DNA of 64,000 bases from Barthelona sp. PCE (GCA_040285745.1 JAUFOR010000008.1:2046001-2110000); one strand, 5' to 3'; positions 44,401 through 51,138 are shown, counted from the first letter of the stretch. A program made the numbers and translations. Notes: generated by a model not told the origin, from the letters alone.

Positions 44401-47122
44401 CATTCAAAAGTCGGAGCTAGTCCATCGCACGTTCCGTCAGGAGAGGAAGAAGATTAGAGAGAGAAAGAAGCGCTTCATTGAGAAGAAACGCGAGAAGGAA
44501 CTCAAGGAAGAGAAGGAGCGTGAACTCTTCCAGGGAGTTCCACAGGTTCAAGAAGAGTATGTTGAGGTCGCTTTGAGCGATGTGTACGATAGTTACGATG
44601 AGGAACAGTTCTCTGATAACGTTGTCACTGAGGATGTTGAAGTTGATGAAATGGAAACTGTTGCCTTTGAAGAAGTTGTGCTGAGCGAATCAGATGATGA
44701 AGAAACGGTTGAATTCATGGAACTTGGTATTGATTTGGTTACGTTCACCACCCGTATGAAGAGGCTTGCCTCACTGAAGCAAAAAGTTATAGATACACAG
44801 AATGTGTTCACTGCAAAGTACACATATTTCCAACCGTACCTTGACTTCTGTAGTGAGATATTTGATTTTGAACGGGAGTTTTATGCAAGCACTGACCTTC
44901 TAAATCCATGGGAACTACGAATCACTCCCATTCGCACTCATTCAGGCCACTGGCTCAACCATTTGGGCAAGATCACGCCTGCAGCACCTGTTGGATCGGT
45001 ATCCAGAGTTAAGGCGCTCAAGAGATCGGTTCAGCTGTATTACTATTATATTTTCTGCACCATAGATCCGAAGTTGCGTCCAATCATTGCGCTTAACATG
45101 TGCGTTCGTCGTATGACCCGTGAGGATGAACAGAACGGGGAGTTGCTGAGAGCGTTCATCAGACTAAATCAAACTTACTCATTTTCCATCAGCATCAGTC
45201 AGCGTCTTTATGTTCTTTCGCAGAGCTACCCACGTTTTTCGAAACTTATAGTCAACGCTGATCCTCTTGTTGTTGTGCCTGAGCTCAACTCATGGATCAA
45301 CAACGGGGCATCACTGTCTTACAATGATATACCGAGTCACTTAACGACTTTCCCACTGGCTGATGATTTTAACGCCTTGGAGAAATTTATCATTATGTTG
45401 GTTGTACTCCCTAAGAACACACATGATTGGACGATATTGCAGTTCGTTTCTTCAGTTCTTGGCCATCGTGTTGGTGCAGCGTTACATGCATCTTCGCTTG
45501 AAACCATTTGGTCTATGTGTGACCTGCTGCTCGGCAAACACTTTGACTGTAGATGCGGAATGGTAGTGTATGGTGATCACATTCAGCCTGAAATGATTAC
45601 CGAAAATGCCATTTGTCAGGCTCAAATTCGTGCTGTTCCCATGTTTTACGATGAGAATTCGCGTGACAAAGCTATTAACACGTTCAGAAAGACAGGAAAA
45701 TGGTCAGTTTTTTATTGCTTGACGACTGACGAAATTCTCTCTGCTCTTCAATTACGACAAGACCCTGAAATAGTTGAGCTTGATATTGGTATTATCATTT
45801 TGGTCAAGGCTAAGCTTTATGTTGAAAGTTACAGTTCGCTCCTTAAAATGGAAGCAGTACGTTGTTGGGTTGACAACGCATCTACCATCCGTGCTTGTGT
45901 CCAGAACATTGCTGCATCTTACGCTTGCCCTGACCTTCACAAGTTCATGCCATCTATTCACGGTGCTGTCACAATGAACGCTATCGTGCACACGATGGGC
46001 GTATTGTGTATGGCTTACCCAGAGCACTTCAGTATCATGGACTGTAACCCAGCGGCTATTATTATGACACCATTAGTGGAGAACGTCGACATGTCTGAGA
46101 TCACAGATTTTGTTGACTACTTCATTTGTAGTGGTATTGATAATCCATCAATTCGAACGTTGGCAGTTCGTGTCTTCCAATCATTCTTTGTAGGAGGAAC
46201 TTATCTCCTCAATAACAAGCAGTATCCTCTGCCGCATCACTTTGATGTGCTTCCTAGTTGGACTGGTATGATGCGGAATCCCAATGTCAAGGGAACACAC
46301 GCGTTCTCAACACTATATGGCGACTCTTTCCCACTCTTCAAGGATTCAATATCAACTGTATTCTCTTCGTTAATCGAAAAGCTGCCAGTCGCTTTGAATC
46401 TTACTCCATTATACGTTGTACCATCAATGACACAGCTAGAACTCAACAATGTGCGTTTGATTCACGCCATTGAGATTGCTAGTCAGTTCATTCAGAATTT
46501 ACCTGCAATCAATTATTCAGAGGAAGAATGGATCAGACAACAAACTCAGGTTCTTAAATCAATCGTAGTATTTGCTGATTTTATGTTTAAGCAACTCTTC
46601 TCCAGTGTTAATAATCCCGTTGTGAAACGTGTCGCACTGTCGCTTATTTCACATCGAATTCCAGACGTTTTCATAGATGAATTTCCATTTTTGCAGAAGT
46701 ACTTTAAGTATCAAAAGCATATATCCCTGTTTTTTAATTTCCTCACAAAAGCTATTTCTCAGCTTAATTCAGGGAATGTTATTGATGTTTCCTTGTTACC
46801 CAAACCACAATATTTCTTCTCTCATCTGAAAGAAACATTTTTGAATCAGATAACTAGCGTTTCTTCTGATCAGGTTATTGTTTTAGGACCTGCTACAGTT
46901 GCTACTACAGTACCTTTAGTTTCAGGACTTGTCACTGACACTGGATTTTTCTTGCCTTCTTCTTCAGCATCATTAATGCGTTTTTCATCTTCCCACACAC
47001 CAATTATTCAGGATAATGAAATTGTTGCTTTTTCAACATATACTAATGAAAATGTTAAGTGCATTTTTGTTAAGAACAAGGATATTCGTGATATCTCCCT
47101 CGTGTTCAGCCAAAATCAGTAA
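29471..47122 (+). CDS. Giant, highly divergent dynein heavy chain-like protein (5883 aa) with IQ motif
   Basis: DHC_N1-like PLVSEFNFW..L..IRQQL (~30650), IQ motif AATIIQRVWRGYVVRR (~34823-34880) and DHC_N2-like HWRHL..EERDIEIHLKDITERW and RAYFL. AAA1 P-loop GAAGMGKS (37796-37819) and AAA2 P-loop GPPECGKT (38795-38818) are followed by stalk-like coiled coils. Uninterrupted ORF. Confidence 0.85.
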   Translation: MSGIENYLFKQLQNLSKYDKYIHVLLTKQLVRSFRSFLKSNGGRTFYMKLTRDKNAFYKEEEEKSDSENLETENLEVSAKLEESEHQEILSLSSAPITAENTPNMEVKKFSSQSKVTRKRRKMKRQESEGMLDDIEALTGMKNLSNKEDCIYDLEFSSDITTFVQYDQEQSTRDRNQFHMGYSTSINQKEESQQILEHKTLKTDKDYDMTIIYFWKKDFGVDYSDTFQDVLSIGVLNVRHEVFAREISNLLRIFECSTKEEVEENLNQIDNLQLNRIRTIPVGNDHYETIKESKRYDPKKEDKDYIHGVASSMHSFLSDRAISNQHMEDLPTIDPALLMSIRSNVGKFSTDKSRTFTEEGVTNTLDSAMRVGYSVLKELSPVQRTYENGDGNPPLVSEFNFWQGHYSRLIRIRQQLNHKSYQMILIHANSMRGTHGKDWKKFEQELNDRARVVHEYVGCFDPLLPLIYALEGKTYTQQSKETQQMKRFSIIVKDIEETVDKRQDHSPNRIFSMFSAFFDNLLMSLVSNPSGHLLSVDPRYVNYFLRALGHCIKKYIIHFLITNKAPNVGSVNNLINSLDLTKIENLFNFHYIYESLKDFNTKNIFTTIELINEFKNSYNDSHKRLISVNSQQSIKKLFTFNIHDCFKDITRFQMYCDRIIHYVNILSVYIPLTDAFVGAKWCDDLKAAINRVISSDTLPQLEADLTHTDTFITETDESSMQIRSCFEELDEQIITVQKFLGSNLGKLIDSHNRQKLTNLSMTEIEQWGDLEIDGETISNLTTTEGIISKCVNKLLFITSISAIRIVADIKLILDRQVQHIVDILLIEVNNVKNHLSSIIKTHHRHQSQQFSNFKLLCLIFHIVNSPVAYLEHCAEASIGSVSQLTSLLKRIGTITAHIDDLKDKLLQRFSILISSLEKSLNVPIFKLRSKSKVLFDLNHVNTLDCLFSTFVALMNELEEDEMFLFMSNLSVPDLSPSQIPHNPSLSSKEQEIEVGRVKFDRFIKRKDLYWSFRNRLVELVECYNETFSDCIRSGAIDVCKSILVLVEDAMHVGLKSISWGFSNLDAFLETNWDRLNLLKESIEDYKEMQYFRLSTYRNLVHTIILDKKNFSTCHTDNFKSIPTLEQFQEHQIAHIEELSEGFSCSVDSFDRKSAAMFSIPKRVSRLGGSILPQEEEFCIKGLSDSRNLISDVISRAVLYTWKRVFDIAAENNTPLFVVGLQLVGPVLQPTSTEAAVQSRLGSVFSKSLQVAQHLPESSVFYKACSGISNTDFSNFDLEASLFEFTLNNSIFDADFDSLFDSPKPEVIEESHPAQSPFSETLSQSLSPAQSTSEMLDLAENKKSKLDTVSVNSMSGSANIPLEPQVSHMKPSTPLKDTPKNFSSVNDVDGMIDIFAEVANFEEKPKEEQETFVLEINEKIISSTEEVEIDSASSLNSAFKNAKVVEEEEEEEAFTSDASVASSKMNVLTEIVRRDPAVFKLSMNLFKRVVQSYKPITEVIKVFEEDFGWIYKSDEEDVIREIALNKPSLQGFEEMFQKLENVRIEIQKLQDFVLPEGSFIGVDFSQLKQAMLAQLHQWFGLYSYVLRQDCFSTLERLIISNIGLMEHISTEIAKLADYDTVVKMINDIKMYGSEKELEIHSIQSGYQLLHRYHVGIPRSASEQVERIFADFKSNHVREFLTPLHFFFDYCHSKLVGEHQFEAKTEYTVLQSQRTMSDGYTGRNSYRSITSSMQDTDQDSNASLESKGSIFSARSGASMHSRRSGTSSHSAKHSRHGRVLESMRHKAATIIQRVWRGYVVRRDLRKANLVYAMSESSKNSLTSLESDVLALDSVSTMSSSLHSSFLSVTNTDISGRSMDSLAFAIVKQKSSIVFFNQMSRQASHSIVESGILNRVRELTQIEGFSSIFQHVYSDDVIEALLLKTLDFIWNKLMKNLTEAETKIKTSHAILKTKALEFEKSLRTRLMQFQTELSGMHPLELGITIEESDHRFGKHRNVCNRITDSIDYYRHAVRIFNLPTLPVKQLEALARILVMIENLHNLHSNLFQVISSILSSSISALRLSRVAKDVKKLSDGFLSIWHNPKNHDEDSRLNLIRGINPEFNKGAFQQSQLIKDIIHMLELGSSLLPVLKIIVQAGFTVVHWRHLIAELQWTFENEVNGEDGLSSDIVDRRKNDVALINRLTSSSSLEELTVGELHKFDLIYHADIIEKYSRLSVEERDIEIHLKDITERWPALFFGFISYETDSDMLGFMNNQGFQMDSKIDLASDIELTKGSRDVLDIEQLNRLIRDVHSDNIVVEDLLIKATRVYQEMYDTEDSNISIAPPLITRLKLWFDVLVHLKESFNDLLELQNLIIVLERLFRGLFDSESVDVISMNLMQVFHTMMVNWNNLIHVIHTKDDHVLDSFITLRQIDFDKSALLTEILPSLNRSLNEVRENLQPLLLDPSQSVNRAYFLPEVARFRFFADALVAESAADIFLGNSITLLFPMLKSVLTDHKNPNLIVGTVGRFGEMLQFDNSIDIFNKKFKKEDEDVFTNQYLLRRLRYIVNQIEIQVRLTVQILVRSCFTEYTNSIGNITQSYSNSASAANRALIDSLSEVCLNYTGQAMWVAALIDWTRFVKRCITHSKRRDDLSRRQTIYGALESSFCEKCSSSNNVLDKMRLRNAAITAHYLNVITTDLTQCSSKQDREVLFGKMLQYQYDEDCENIVWVCVGKNLKYKYQFDFISINQPVKRSAVYGMLHTDTTGNALLPIFSNNTVDAFKRAFAGIIFGGLTVVSGAAGMGKSTFVQQCCTLFGTVPVVVDATMTPTVKQLSNFCEGCALTLQWVFIQNLHVLPADVLSRLSVFVHSIRMRMGFMNSDRKTVFFGTTENPINSIDNQDIRAVMRPVRLPKNVLSGVVEAKLVLFGFPEASIFAKKLIELILTVQPKINCDITMSQISDIITAAHDIMVDINNQLDATNLGSRSARSEVTNTAKRSINVAVYAINHACEIFLHHMTKYSHFVRAELADPLLIEALKTLNQSMDTSSRQKALYTRVNDIVNTYFHYSSLNMSRSSHANEASILLTNEEFLHSEIEEVIEALHLAKPPAVMYDTIHSVLEILNDRNAVHICGPPECGKTTLVEIVVNVLNRVSPASIITIPSNIVSERELLKQLELASLFANQTIFFHIELNSSMILPLYKCLGSNIIANRNRYLLKSGIVWEVPSNAVFVFESCTDLQFNRSIEFNNVPQVVVPQLVTVNCLVDQFCKRMSYDESKHIASKNSFGNGIEAMIGSRLQSHLGTPSMSMHGSVKSYGFAHSEAPSLAPSISGLGTRKSPALSNGSRARSRISYAPTVLNANLIQDMQIFEEDYLASLERDDDISGGSHKNSDLGFSNRGSRTPAPVSFDIEEPEGSDIVDPEEESTPCLIRWLCTKFLLPIHALVFIVSDTELLRFKPKTSLSLPQLVRGVIGIMGGFINTAIEKGEHEFPFEGMVIRRLFAMAVVWTIGQVLPSSQIVRLNYIVLAIFKLPGLPRVKMDIAATASRNVLRKRRTTPRSSRNQKASTDSVSLRMKNLDIDLFTSFLDMSSGHFLSLKRYVVQNDIPPVIRENSVEQHIDVLNYRYPTTVAVRMHFVSSYSIRAYNAGYLPTPPTFAVLPEPNSKHELILNAIGEIGDADFNMDDASILKVDFSTTEAPELVGALLERSQPVAHETYRARVKNKFNTLLVKCLHYDESDRPDNVMRLTINPIVAGKKINDFGFQNVAFENISFVLEFKSSDVPMTAHRGMIPVCVSPPSYDDLTDVYIDRLKSHLSVKRGFAPSLDSIPRIIAKIIIDCTRVLAGCIGVDQRALEDDAKGDEINLDTATLKEVSYTEHKTLPIDPLQLSEVMSIIMLIAPKLQPNPIQYFQYIYSSLSVVTHHLPEEVNFKILERFQQTLKENNITFDPAVFNQLLLPFLIYTRNDKYNITYLTQKSCANYLSEWCGIYSKIRDQDARYLLSTSGLHLGYLLTLPKIHTLWCILEKDFVPDGFLPVPYFLYDFLKSIVKMLNYEFILYRTGFTIDSNELPDDVNKPIIFMVTEDIVRSTIYDIYSFNRALTMHTKRKFTFLLLAHQSDQIINEYYGFFKTDENGIFYTSVYELTFSLVLNNDQLMEDAFMESSSESEDEKEDIDNEYINNESKQETENCDELHVHVDDNVIVCSDKDSEKDETPHGVAVLTKFSMALGVHPGDLVVNVVRVLFSMLSSRIMDSDISNRFHTICEGFFSFEGFPSMTNLLNSRSESQSKEITSVMGANRERKKTEIVEPLHRSRVIVDKFGIFSDFINIIGKIIHSNSKSVYYHNVSKYITTMNIISFLPTMVSVVESIRKIQAQEGYRLDIITKVLNRQYDLRSILETNIQNTKDNIKELEEKRIEIFNEFSSFHLEVVRLKKLLKINLDHDVESLLLKFVDSHLYAIEKSIEVFCEKYATIIDRFDSTFPLLLHEWSNDTHSFVEMFYVVFKRMPAPDDEQIYEYLKEREHLESYTLNTVPYDQPKDQNELPPVENEEFQFTGPEPEAESESDNVNYYEFDEPNLFLQEQHYIAFYKQLMHFNFAEYLKDGKLFMNLSNFLDIPVNTLQQMHKLFTSKQAQFEHLVEHIPSISQLYRFLVDFMAILGDMLPVLIDESDTEQFDVNELKEQLKFSSTSTDLLKQDYDFTTMTLTEQRQQLIDLENDHGRYTEVISGLHSLIKVLDEVVNINDTKLFMNGSYIICRLLFMPLLPGWMHSQFDETMNSVFVNRLHLPLEASYNIKDELLSLELTSKESKFKYPWLLDLQCDFGSFEQLLSVLVNLRIHPVITYDNELSISLLEKLCSRTIHKGHLREYRNLDPEAVYIVYIDSQEDIDQLHFMFEQVNKVSINKERYPVCCLNGIHEFKLFFDYLPFLVIVPDENWLHRINFTLTSCIYWDSEPSRAFMSYELTNSIFHNEHDTLKAQLQQYIKDSYNLKTSIDDERNGLIDEIIQKSELVHRTFRQERKKIRERKKRFIEKKREKELKEEKERELFQGVPQVQEEYVEVALSDVYDSYDEEQFSDNVVTEDVEVDEMETVAFEEVVLSESDDEETVEFMELGIDLVTFTTRMKRLASLKQKVIDTQNVFTAKYTYFQPYLDFCSEIFDFEREFYASTDLLNPWELRITPIRTHSGHWLNHLGKITPAAPVGSVSRVKALKRSVQLYYYYIFCTIDPKLRPIIALNMCVRRMTREDEQNGELLRAFIRLNQTYSFSISISQRLYVLSQSYPRFSKLIVNADPLVVVPELNSWINNGASLSYNDIPSHLTTFPLADDFNALEKFIIMLVVLPKNTHDWTILQFVSSVLGHRVGAALHASSLETIWSMCDLLLGKHFDCRCGMVVYGDHIQPEMITENAICQAQIRAVPMFYDENSRDKAINTFRKTGKWSVFYCLTTDEILSALQLRQDPEIVELDIGIIILVKAKLYVESYSSLLKMEAVRCWVDNASTIRACVQNIAASYACPDLHKFMPSIHGAVTMNAIVHTMGVLCMAYPEHFSIMDCNPAAIIMTPLVENVDMSEITDFVDYFICSGIDNPSIRTLAVRVFQSFFVGGTYLLNNKQYPLPHHFDVLPSWTGMMRNPNVKGTHAFSTLYGDSFPLFKDSISTVFSSLIEKLPVALNLTPLYVVPSMTQLELNNVRLIHAIEIASQFIQNLPAINYSEEEWIRQQTQVLKSIVVFADFMFKQLFSSVNNPVVKRVALSLISHRIPDVFIDEFPFLQKYFKYQKHISLFFNFLTKAISQLNSGNVIDVSLLPKPQYFFSHLKETFLNQITSVSSDQVIVLGPATVATTVPLVSGLVTDTGFFLPSSSASLMRFSSSHTPIIQDNEIVAFSTYTNENVKCIFVKNKDIRDISLVFSQNQ

Positions 47123-47418
47123 ATTGTAAGAATTTTTGAAGTAGTTTGAAGCATGATTGGAATAAAGTGCCTGAAGTTCCATTATGAGATATTGTGGATA
47201 ACATGGATAACATGATGCATTGTATCACCAATAGTCCTTCTTCAGCTTCCAGGATAAGCATTTCTATTCAATAAAGTGTTTCTTGAAAATCATCCCTCTT
47301 CTTCACTGGAATATCCTTATTTTTATAGGTTTTCCTTGATATTTCTGCATTTTTTCATCATTCAGCAGCATTAAAATACTTTAAACACTTTATTTTGTAG
47401 TTTTTAAATAACACTTGT

Positions 47419-49788
47419 ATGCCTTCACACGCTGAAAAATTTACAAGTACAATCCAATCGCTTTCGGAAAAATATCCCGAGTGCTTCAAAACTGATTGCT
47501 GCATCTGCTTGAGTCCAATGAATATTGTTAAAAAGAGCAAAGCTGATGATAGAGTTGGTTTCCTTCTTTGTCATCACGTCATTAACCCTGAGACCAATCT
47601 CCCAGATGATCACGTAGGTTCAGTATGTCCATGTGGTCATATGCTTCATGAAACATGTTTCAACGAGCTGTTTAAAGATTATCTTAGTAACAGGGACAAA
47701 CGTGAACCGGTCCCAGCCCCCCACTGTCCTCTATGTCGTAAGGTTATAGCTGGATGGATGCCAGTTGACTTTTCTCTTTCGCTGCAGTTGAAGGGTATTG
47801 CAGATGCTGAAGTATTTTTAAAACCATTGAAACTAACGGGTGTATACAAGGGAATCTGTATGCAGTATTGTAACAATTTTATTCGGAACGGGTCGGCAGA
47901 GCTCCACAGTTTCGTGTATGATTGCTGCCATCTTATGTTCATGGTTGCAATATGCGTCCAGCGAGGGCTTGTACGGATGAACCAGCCTCTCGTGGCGCTT
48001 TACTTCTGCCTGTTGCTCAACTTCTTGACCGTTGTGCGGATGACTGATTACGCTGATGTGGACGGGTTCAAGTACGTATCTGACAATGTCACAGCATGTT
48101 GGCCGGGGTTACCAGCATTCTACGCATGTACTTCGCAGTGTAGGCCATCATTCACAAACGTTGCGTCTTACATTAACATCATTCCTCGTTTCTTCACGGT
48201 CAAGGGTCCTTTTTTCAAGGCTATGCTCATAGACGGTTGGAACGCGTTGTATTCGATGCTCGATATATTCTTTAACATCGGTCAGTGCGCCGGCAGAGAC
48301 GGGGTGGATACGATGCTGCTCAGCATTGATTCCTTTTACAATTTGACACTGGAGTGGTTCACAATGCCCCCTGTTGCAAAGTATGAGAATACAATGGATC
48401 GCCTCAACCGCCACTGGATGATGAGTGCGAACGCTTTCTTCTTGATCAAGGATTTGTCGTTGATCCAAACCGTCAATTCTCATCCAACATGTCACTCACT
48501 GTTCAAAGCTGTCACCACAGACCCTCGCCACGGCCTTCAGATCATAGAGAGAGGTAAATATGTTAAAAACGATGAGGATTTCGACGCTATGGTTGTTTTC
48601 TTTTTGGAGTATATGAGTGAGATGTATGAGGAAGGAATTTATCATAACCACCTGGGTACATGTGGTATGGAAGTCCTGTCAACATTTATGATGACCGTTT
48701 TCCAGGGCTCGACTAGCTGTAGTTGTGCTTTTTGTCCCAAAACGACATACGCAAAGTTATTCCCTGGAATGTGTAACATCTGCTACGATTGCTACGCTGA
48801 ATACGGTGCTTTGTTCAAATCAGAGAAGCAAACCCCTGTGCCGTATGTTGATCTGGATATACACGCAGTCATTGTAAGTGATGCAGTTCTTGCAGCTAGT
48901 GTGTATTTTGAGAGTTTAATTGGCCTTTGGCGTGCATCGAATGTCAATTCGTGCTTCGATATGGCCTTTCTGTTGAGCTGTGCGGATTGTAAGAACTATG
49001 CGCCAAAGCGTTTTGCTACAATAATTGAAGTTTTTTCTGCCACGATTGAAATGGTTCTTATTTGCTTTAATATAACTGAATTCCCGCTCAAGGCGCTCGA
49101 TCTTAATAATTTAGGATGGATGCCAACTCGTAATCAAGCTATGCGTTTTTTACAAGCTCTTTCATGGCTTGTTGACTTTAGAATTCAGGCAATAACCACA
49201 GATTTATTCGAGAAGGAGGTTCAGCAGGTTGAACTACTCTTACCGCGTATTAGATATATTGTTCCAATTCTAAAGAAACACTATCTATTACCCTTTACGT
49301 TCTTTAGAACAAATCACAAAAGTGAGTTATTCACTGAAGAACGCTTAGTTGATCGCAATTTCATCGACTGTCTGTTGAATTCCAAACTAGATTCCGACCT
49401 AATAGAGATTGTATACAATTTTGGAGTGGCTCTTGCTGCTAATAGGTTGAACGTACAGATGCTTCAAGGTGATGAAGGATGTTTTTTCAAGATCGTTGAA
49501 TTCCTTCGAGTTATGATTATGAATGGGTTTAAGCTTAAAGAGGAGCATACTTCTATTGTGTTGTTATATAACGAAAATGCATTGTCTGAAGCCTTTGAGA
49601 TTGTTTCAAAGAAGATTGAACCAGTAATTAGACAGGAAAACTTTGTTTCAAAACGTACAAGAAAGCAATTTGTTGAGTTTATCAAAAAGTTTAACCCTGC
49701 ACCAAGCACAGTCCTTATTAACTTTTTTGGTATTAATAACATATACTTTGAGGACTATGAGTTGCCCGAATGGGTCCCACATTTCTAG
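47419..49788 (+). CDS. RING-H2 zinc-finger protein (putative E3 ligase) with a second Cys-rich knot
   Basis: CCICL...CPCGHMLHETC...CPLCRK (RING-H2 with a long insert); internal CSCAFC...CNICYDC. Confidence 0.75.
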   Translation: MPSHAEKFTSTIQSLSEKYPECFKTDCCICLSPMNIVKKSKADDRVGFLLCHHVINPETNLPDDHVGSVCPCGHMLHETCFNELFKDYLSNRDKREPVPAPHCPLCRKVIAGWMPVDFSLSLQLKGIADAEVFLKPLKLTGVYKGICMQYCNNFIRNGSAELHSFVYDCCHLMFMVAICVQRGLVRMNQPLVALYFCLLLNFLTVVRMTDYADVDGFKYVSDNVTACWPGLPAFYACTSQCRPSFTNVASYINIIPRFFTVKGPFFKAMLIDGWNALYSMLDIFFNIGQCAGRDGVDTMLLSIDSFYNLTLEWFTMPPVAKYENTMDRLNRHWMMSANAFFLIKDLSLIQTVNSHPTCHSLFKAVTTDPRHGLQIIERGKYVKNDEDFDAMVVFFLEYMSEMYEEGIYHNHLGTCGMEVLSTFMMTVFQGSTSCSCAFCPKTTYAKLFPGMCNICYDCYAEYGALFKSEKQTPVPYVDLDIHAVIVSDAVLAASVYFESLIGLWRASNVNSCFDMAFLLSCADCKNYAPKRFATIIEVFSATIEMVLICFNITEFPLKALDLNNLGWMPTRNQAMRFLQALSWLVDFRIQAITTDLFEKEVQQVELLLPRIRYIVPILKKHYLLPFTFFRTNHKSELFTEERLVDRNFIDCLLNSKLDSDLIEIVYNFGVALAANRLNVQMLQGDEGCFFKIVEFLRVMIMNGFKLKEEHTSIVLLYNENALSEAFEIVSKKIEPVIRQENFVSKRTRKQFVEFIKKFNPAPSTVLINFFGINNIYFEDYELPEWVPHF

Positions 49789-49862
49789 ATTATGAATAAA
49801 ATGTAGATCAAAACAAGTTTTCAAATATCTATTCTCTTTCATTCTTTTAGACGTCAAGGAAG

Positions 49863-51113
49863 ATGACTTCACTTGAAGAAGATGTCTATATGAACGCTAT
49901 CAAACCATATAAAGCGAAAGATCTTGAAGACCTCGCTCAAATTCTTACACAATGGAAAACCGCATACAGACACTATCCTCATCACATCCCATCGTTTTAT
50001 CTCGTCATTGTCATCGAGTCAACACGTGTTATGTGTGTTTTTGGTAACTCAGCAGTACTGCCTGAGTTTCAGCTTTGTCAGATTGTCTTCAACAATATTG
50101 ATTCCACAACTCTTCTCCGTGAGCAACTGTTTGCGTTAAACAGAGTGACACAACAGAATGAGTTGTACGTAACTCATGCACATTTTACTGTTTCAGGAAG
50201 AATTAAACCCAGTGGAAAAGGTTTTGAGGTTACAAATTACCCGAAGCGGTTGCACGACGACAAGATCAACAGAACCTTACTGTTACCCTCACTTCCATTA
50301 CAGTTGTTGAGTCGTAGACCTGTATGCTCTAATGATATGGCAGACGTAGCCTTTGGACTTTGCTTTTTAAAGAAGGGTGGGCTCATGCAGGAGACCTTCA
50401 GGAAGATATACCCTAATTTGATAAGTATGCAATGGTCAGGCGCAAGAAACCCGTATGATGGTGCTGCTGCTGCTCAACCACGTCTGGAGACCGGTCGCCA
50501 TCTCGTCGTGGGACGTGGGCGTGGGTTAGGCGTGGCTATGGTATACACAACAGACGGAGAGCGTTTCAATGTTCTTGATTTGGAGAGTGGTCATATGAGT
50601 TGTGTTTCTAAGAGAGGTGCAGAACTCGAGAACTACATGAAGGAGCAGCTGGGCGTACACGCGCTTGACTATGAGAATCTTTGCTCGGTCACCTCACTTG
50701 AACACATATACAATTACTGTTTACACAATGCTCGAATCAAAATTAATGATGAAACGTGTTTCAAGAGCGAAGAGGAGCTTCTCAGACTCGCAGTGGGGAG
50801 TGCGCCGTTCCAACCAGCTCGTAAAGCGCTGGAAGTTCAATTTTTCTACTTGTTTAAGATGATCATTGACTGTGCAGTATCTATGCGTTGCACTAATGTC
50901 TGGCTCTTGCCATCTCGCACTTCATTTTCCCTCTATCAGGTTCTTATGAGCCAGATTTGTTCATCAATGTTGCGAAAAATGATTTCTAAACATCCCAAAG
51001 GACAATGGTTAATTGATGCTCAATTTCAACTGTATTTACAGATTAGACCTGCGGATCTAAAGTTACTAGGTGCACTTTTCCAAGCAGCACATTCTGTTAA
51101 TAAACCATCTTGA
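49863..51113 (+). CDS. Bacterial-type glucokinase (Glk) family protein, degenerate
   Basis: HFTVSGRI..EVTNY, CSNDMADVAFGL, VVGRGRGLGVA, LESGHM and YENLCSVTSLEHIY match Glk motifs in order. The DxGGTN phosphate-1 loop is replaced by VIESTRV. Confidence 0.7.
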   Translation: MTSLEEDVYMNAIKPYKAKDLEDLAQILTQWKTAYRHYPHHIPSFYLVIVIESTRVMCVFGNSAVLPEFQLCQIVFNNIDSTTLLREQLFALNRVTQQNELYVTHAHFTVSGRIKPSGKGFEVTNYPKRLHDDKINRTLLLPSLPLQLLSRRPVCSNDMADVAFGLCFLKKGGLMQETFRKIYPNLISMQWSGARNPYDGAAAAQPRLETGRHLVVGRGRGLGVAMVYTTDGERFNVLDLESGHMSCVSKRGAELENYMKEQLGVHALDYENLCSVTSLEHIYNYCLHNARIKINDETCFKSEEELLRLAVGSAPFQPARKALEVQFFYLFKMIIDCAVSMRCTNVWLLPSRTSFSLYQVLMSQICSSMLRKMISKHPKGQWLIDAQFQLYLQIRPADLKLLGALFQAAHSVNKPS

Positions 51114-51138
51114 TAACTAGCCAGATTTGTTTTTTCAA

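Noticed and set aside
47195-47213. Short tandem duplication GGATAACAT x2
   Set aside because: Only two copies; not an array, CRISPR or evident target-site duplication.
47105-47540. Minus-strand frame interrupted by TGA codons, suggesting TGA readthrough or reassignment; also a C/D-box-like ATGATGA...CTGA pair
   Set aside because: TGA terminates AOAH at its conserved C-terminus, so it is a true stop. The peptide has no motif, and I could not identify a terminal stem or rRNA guide.
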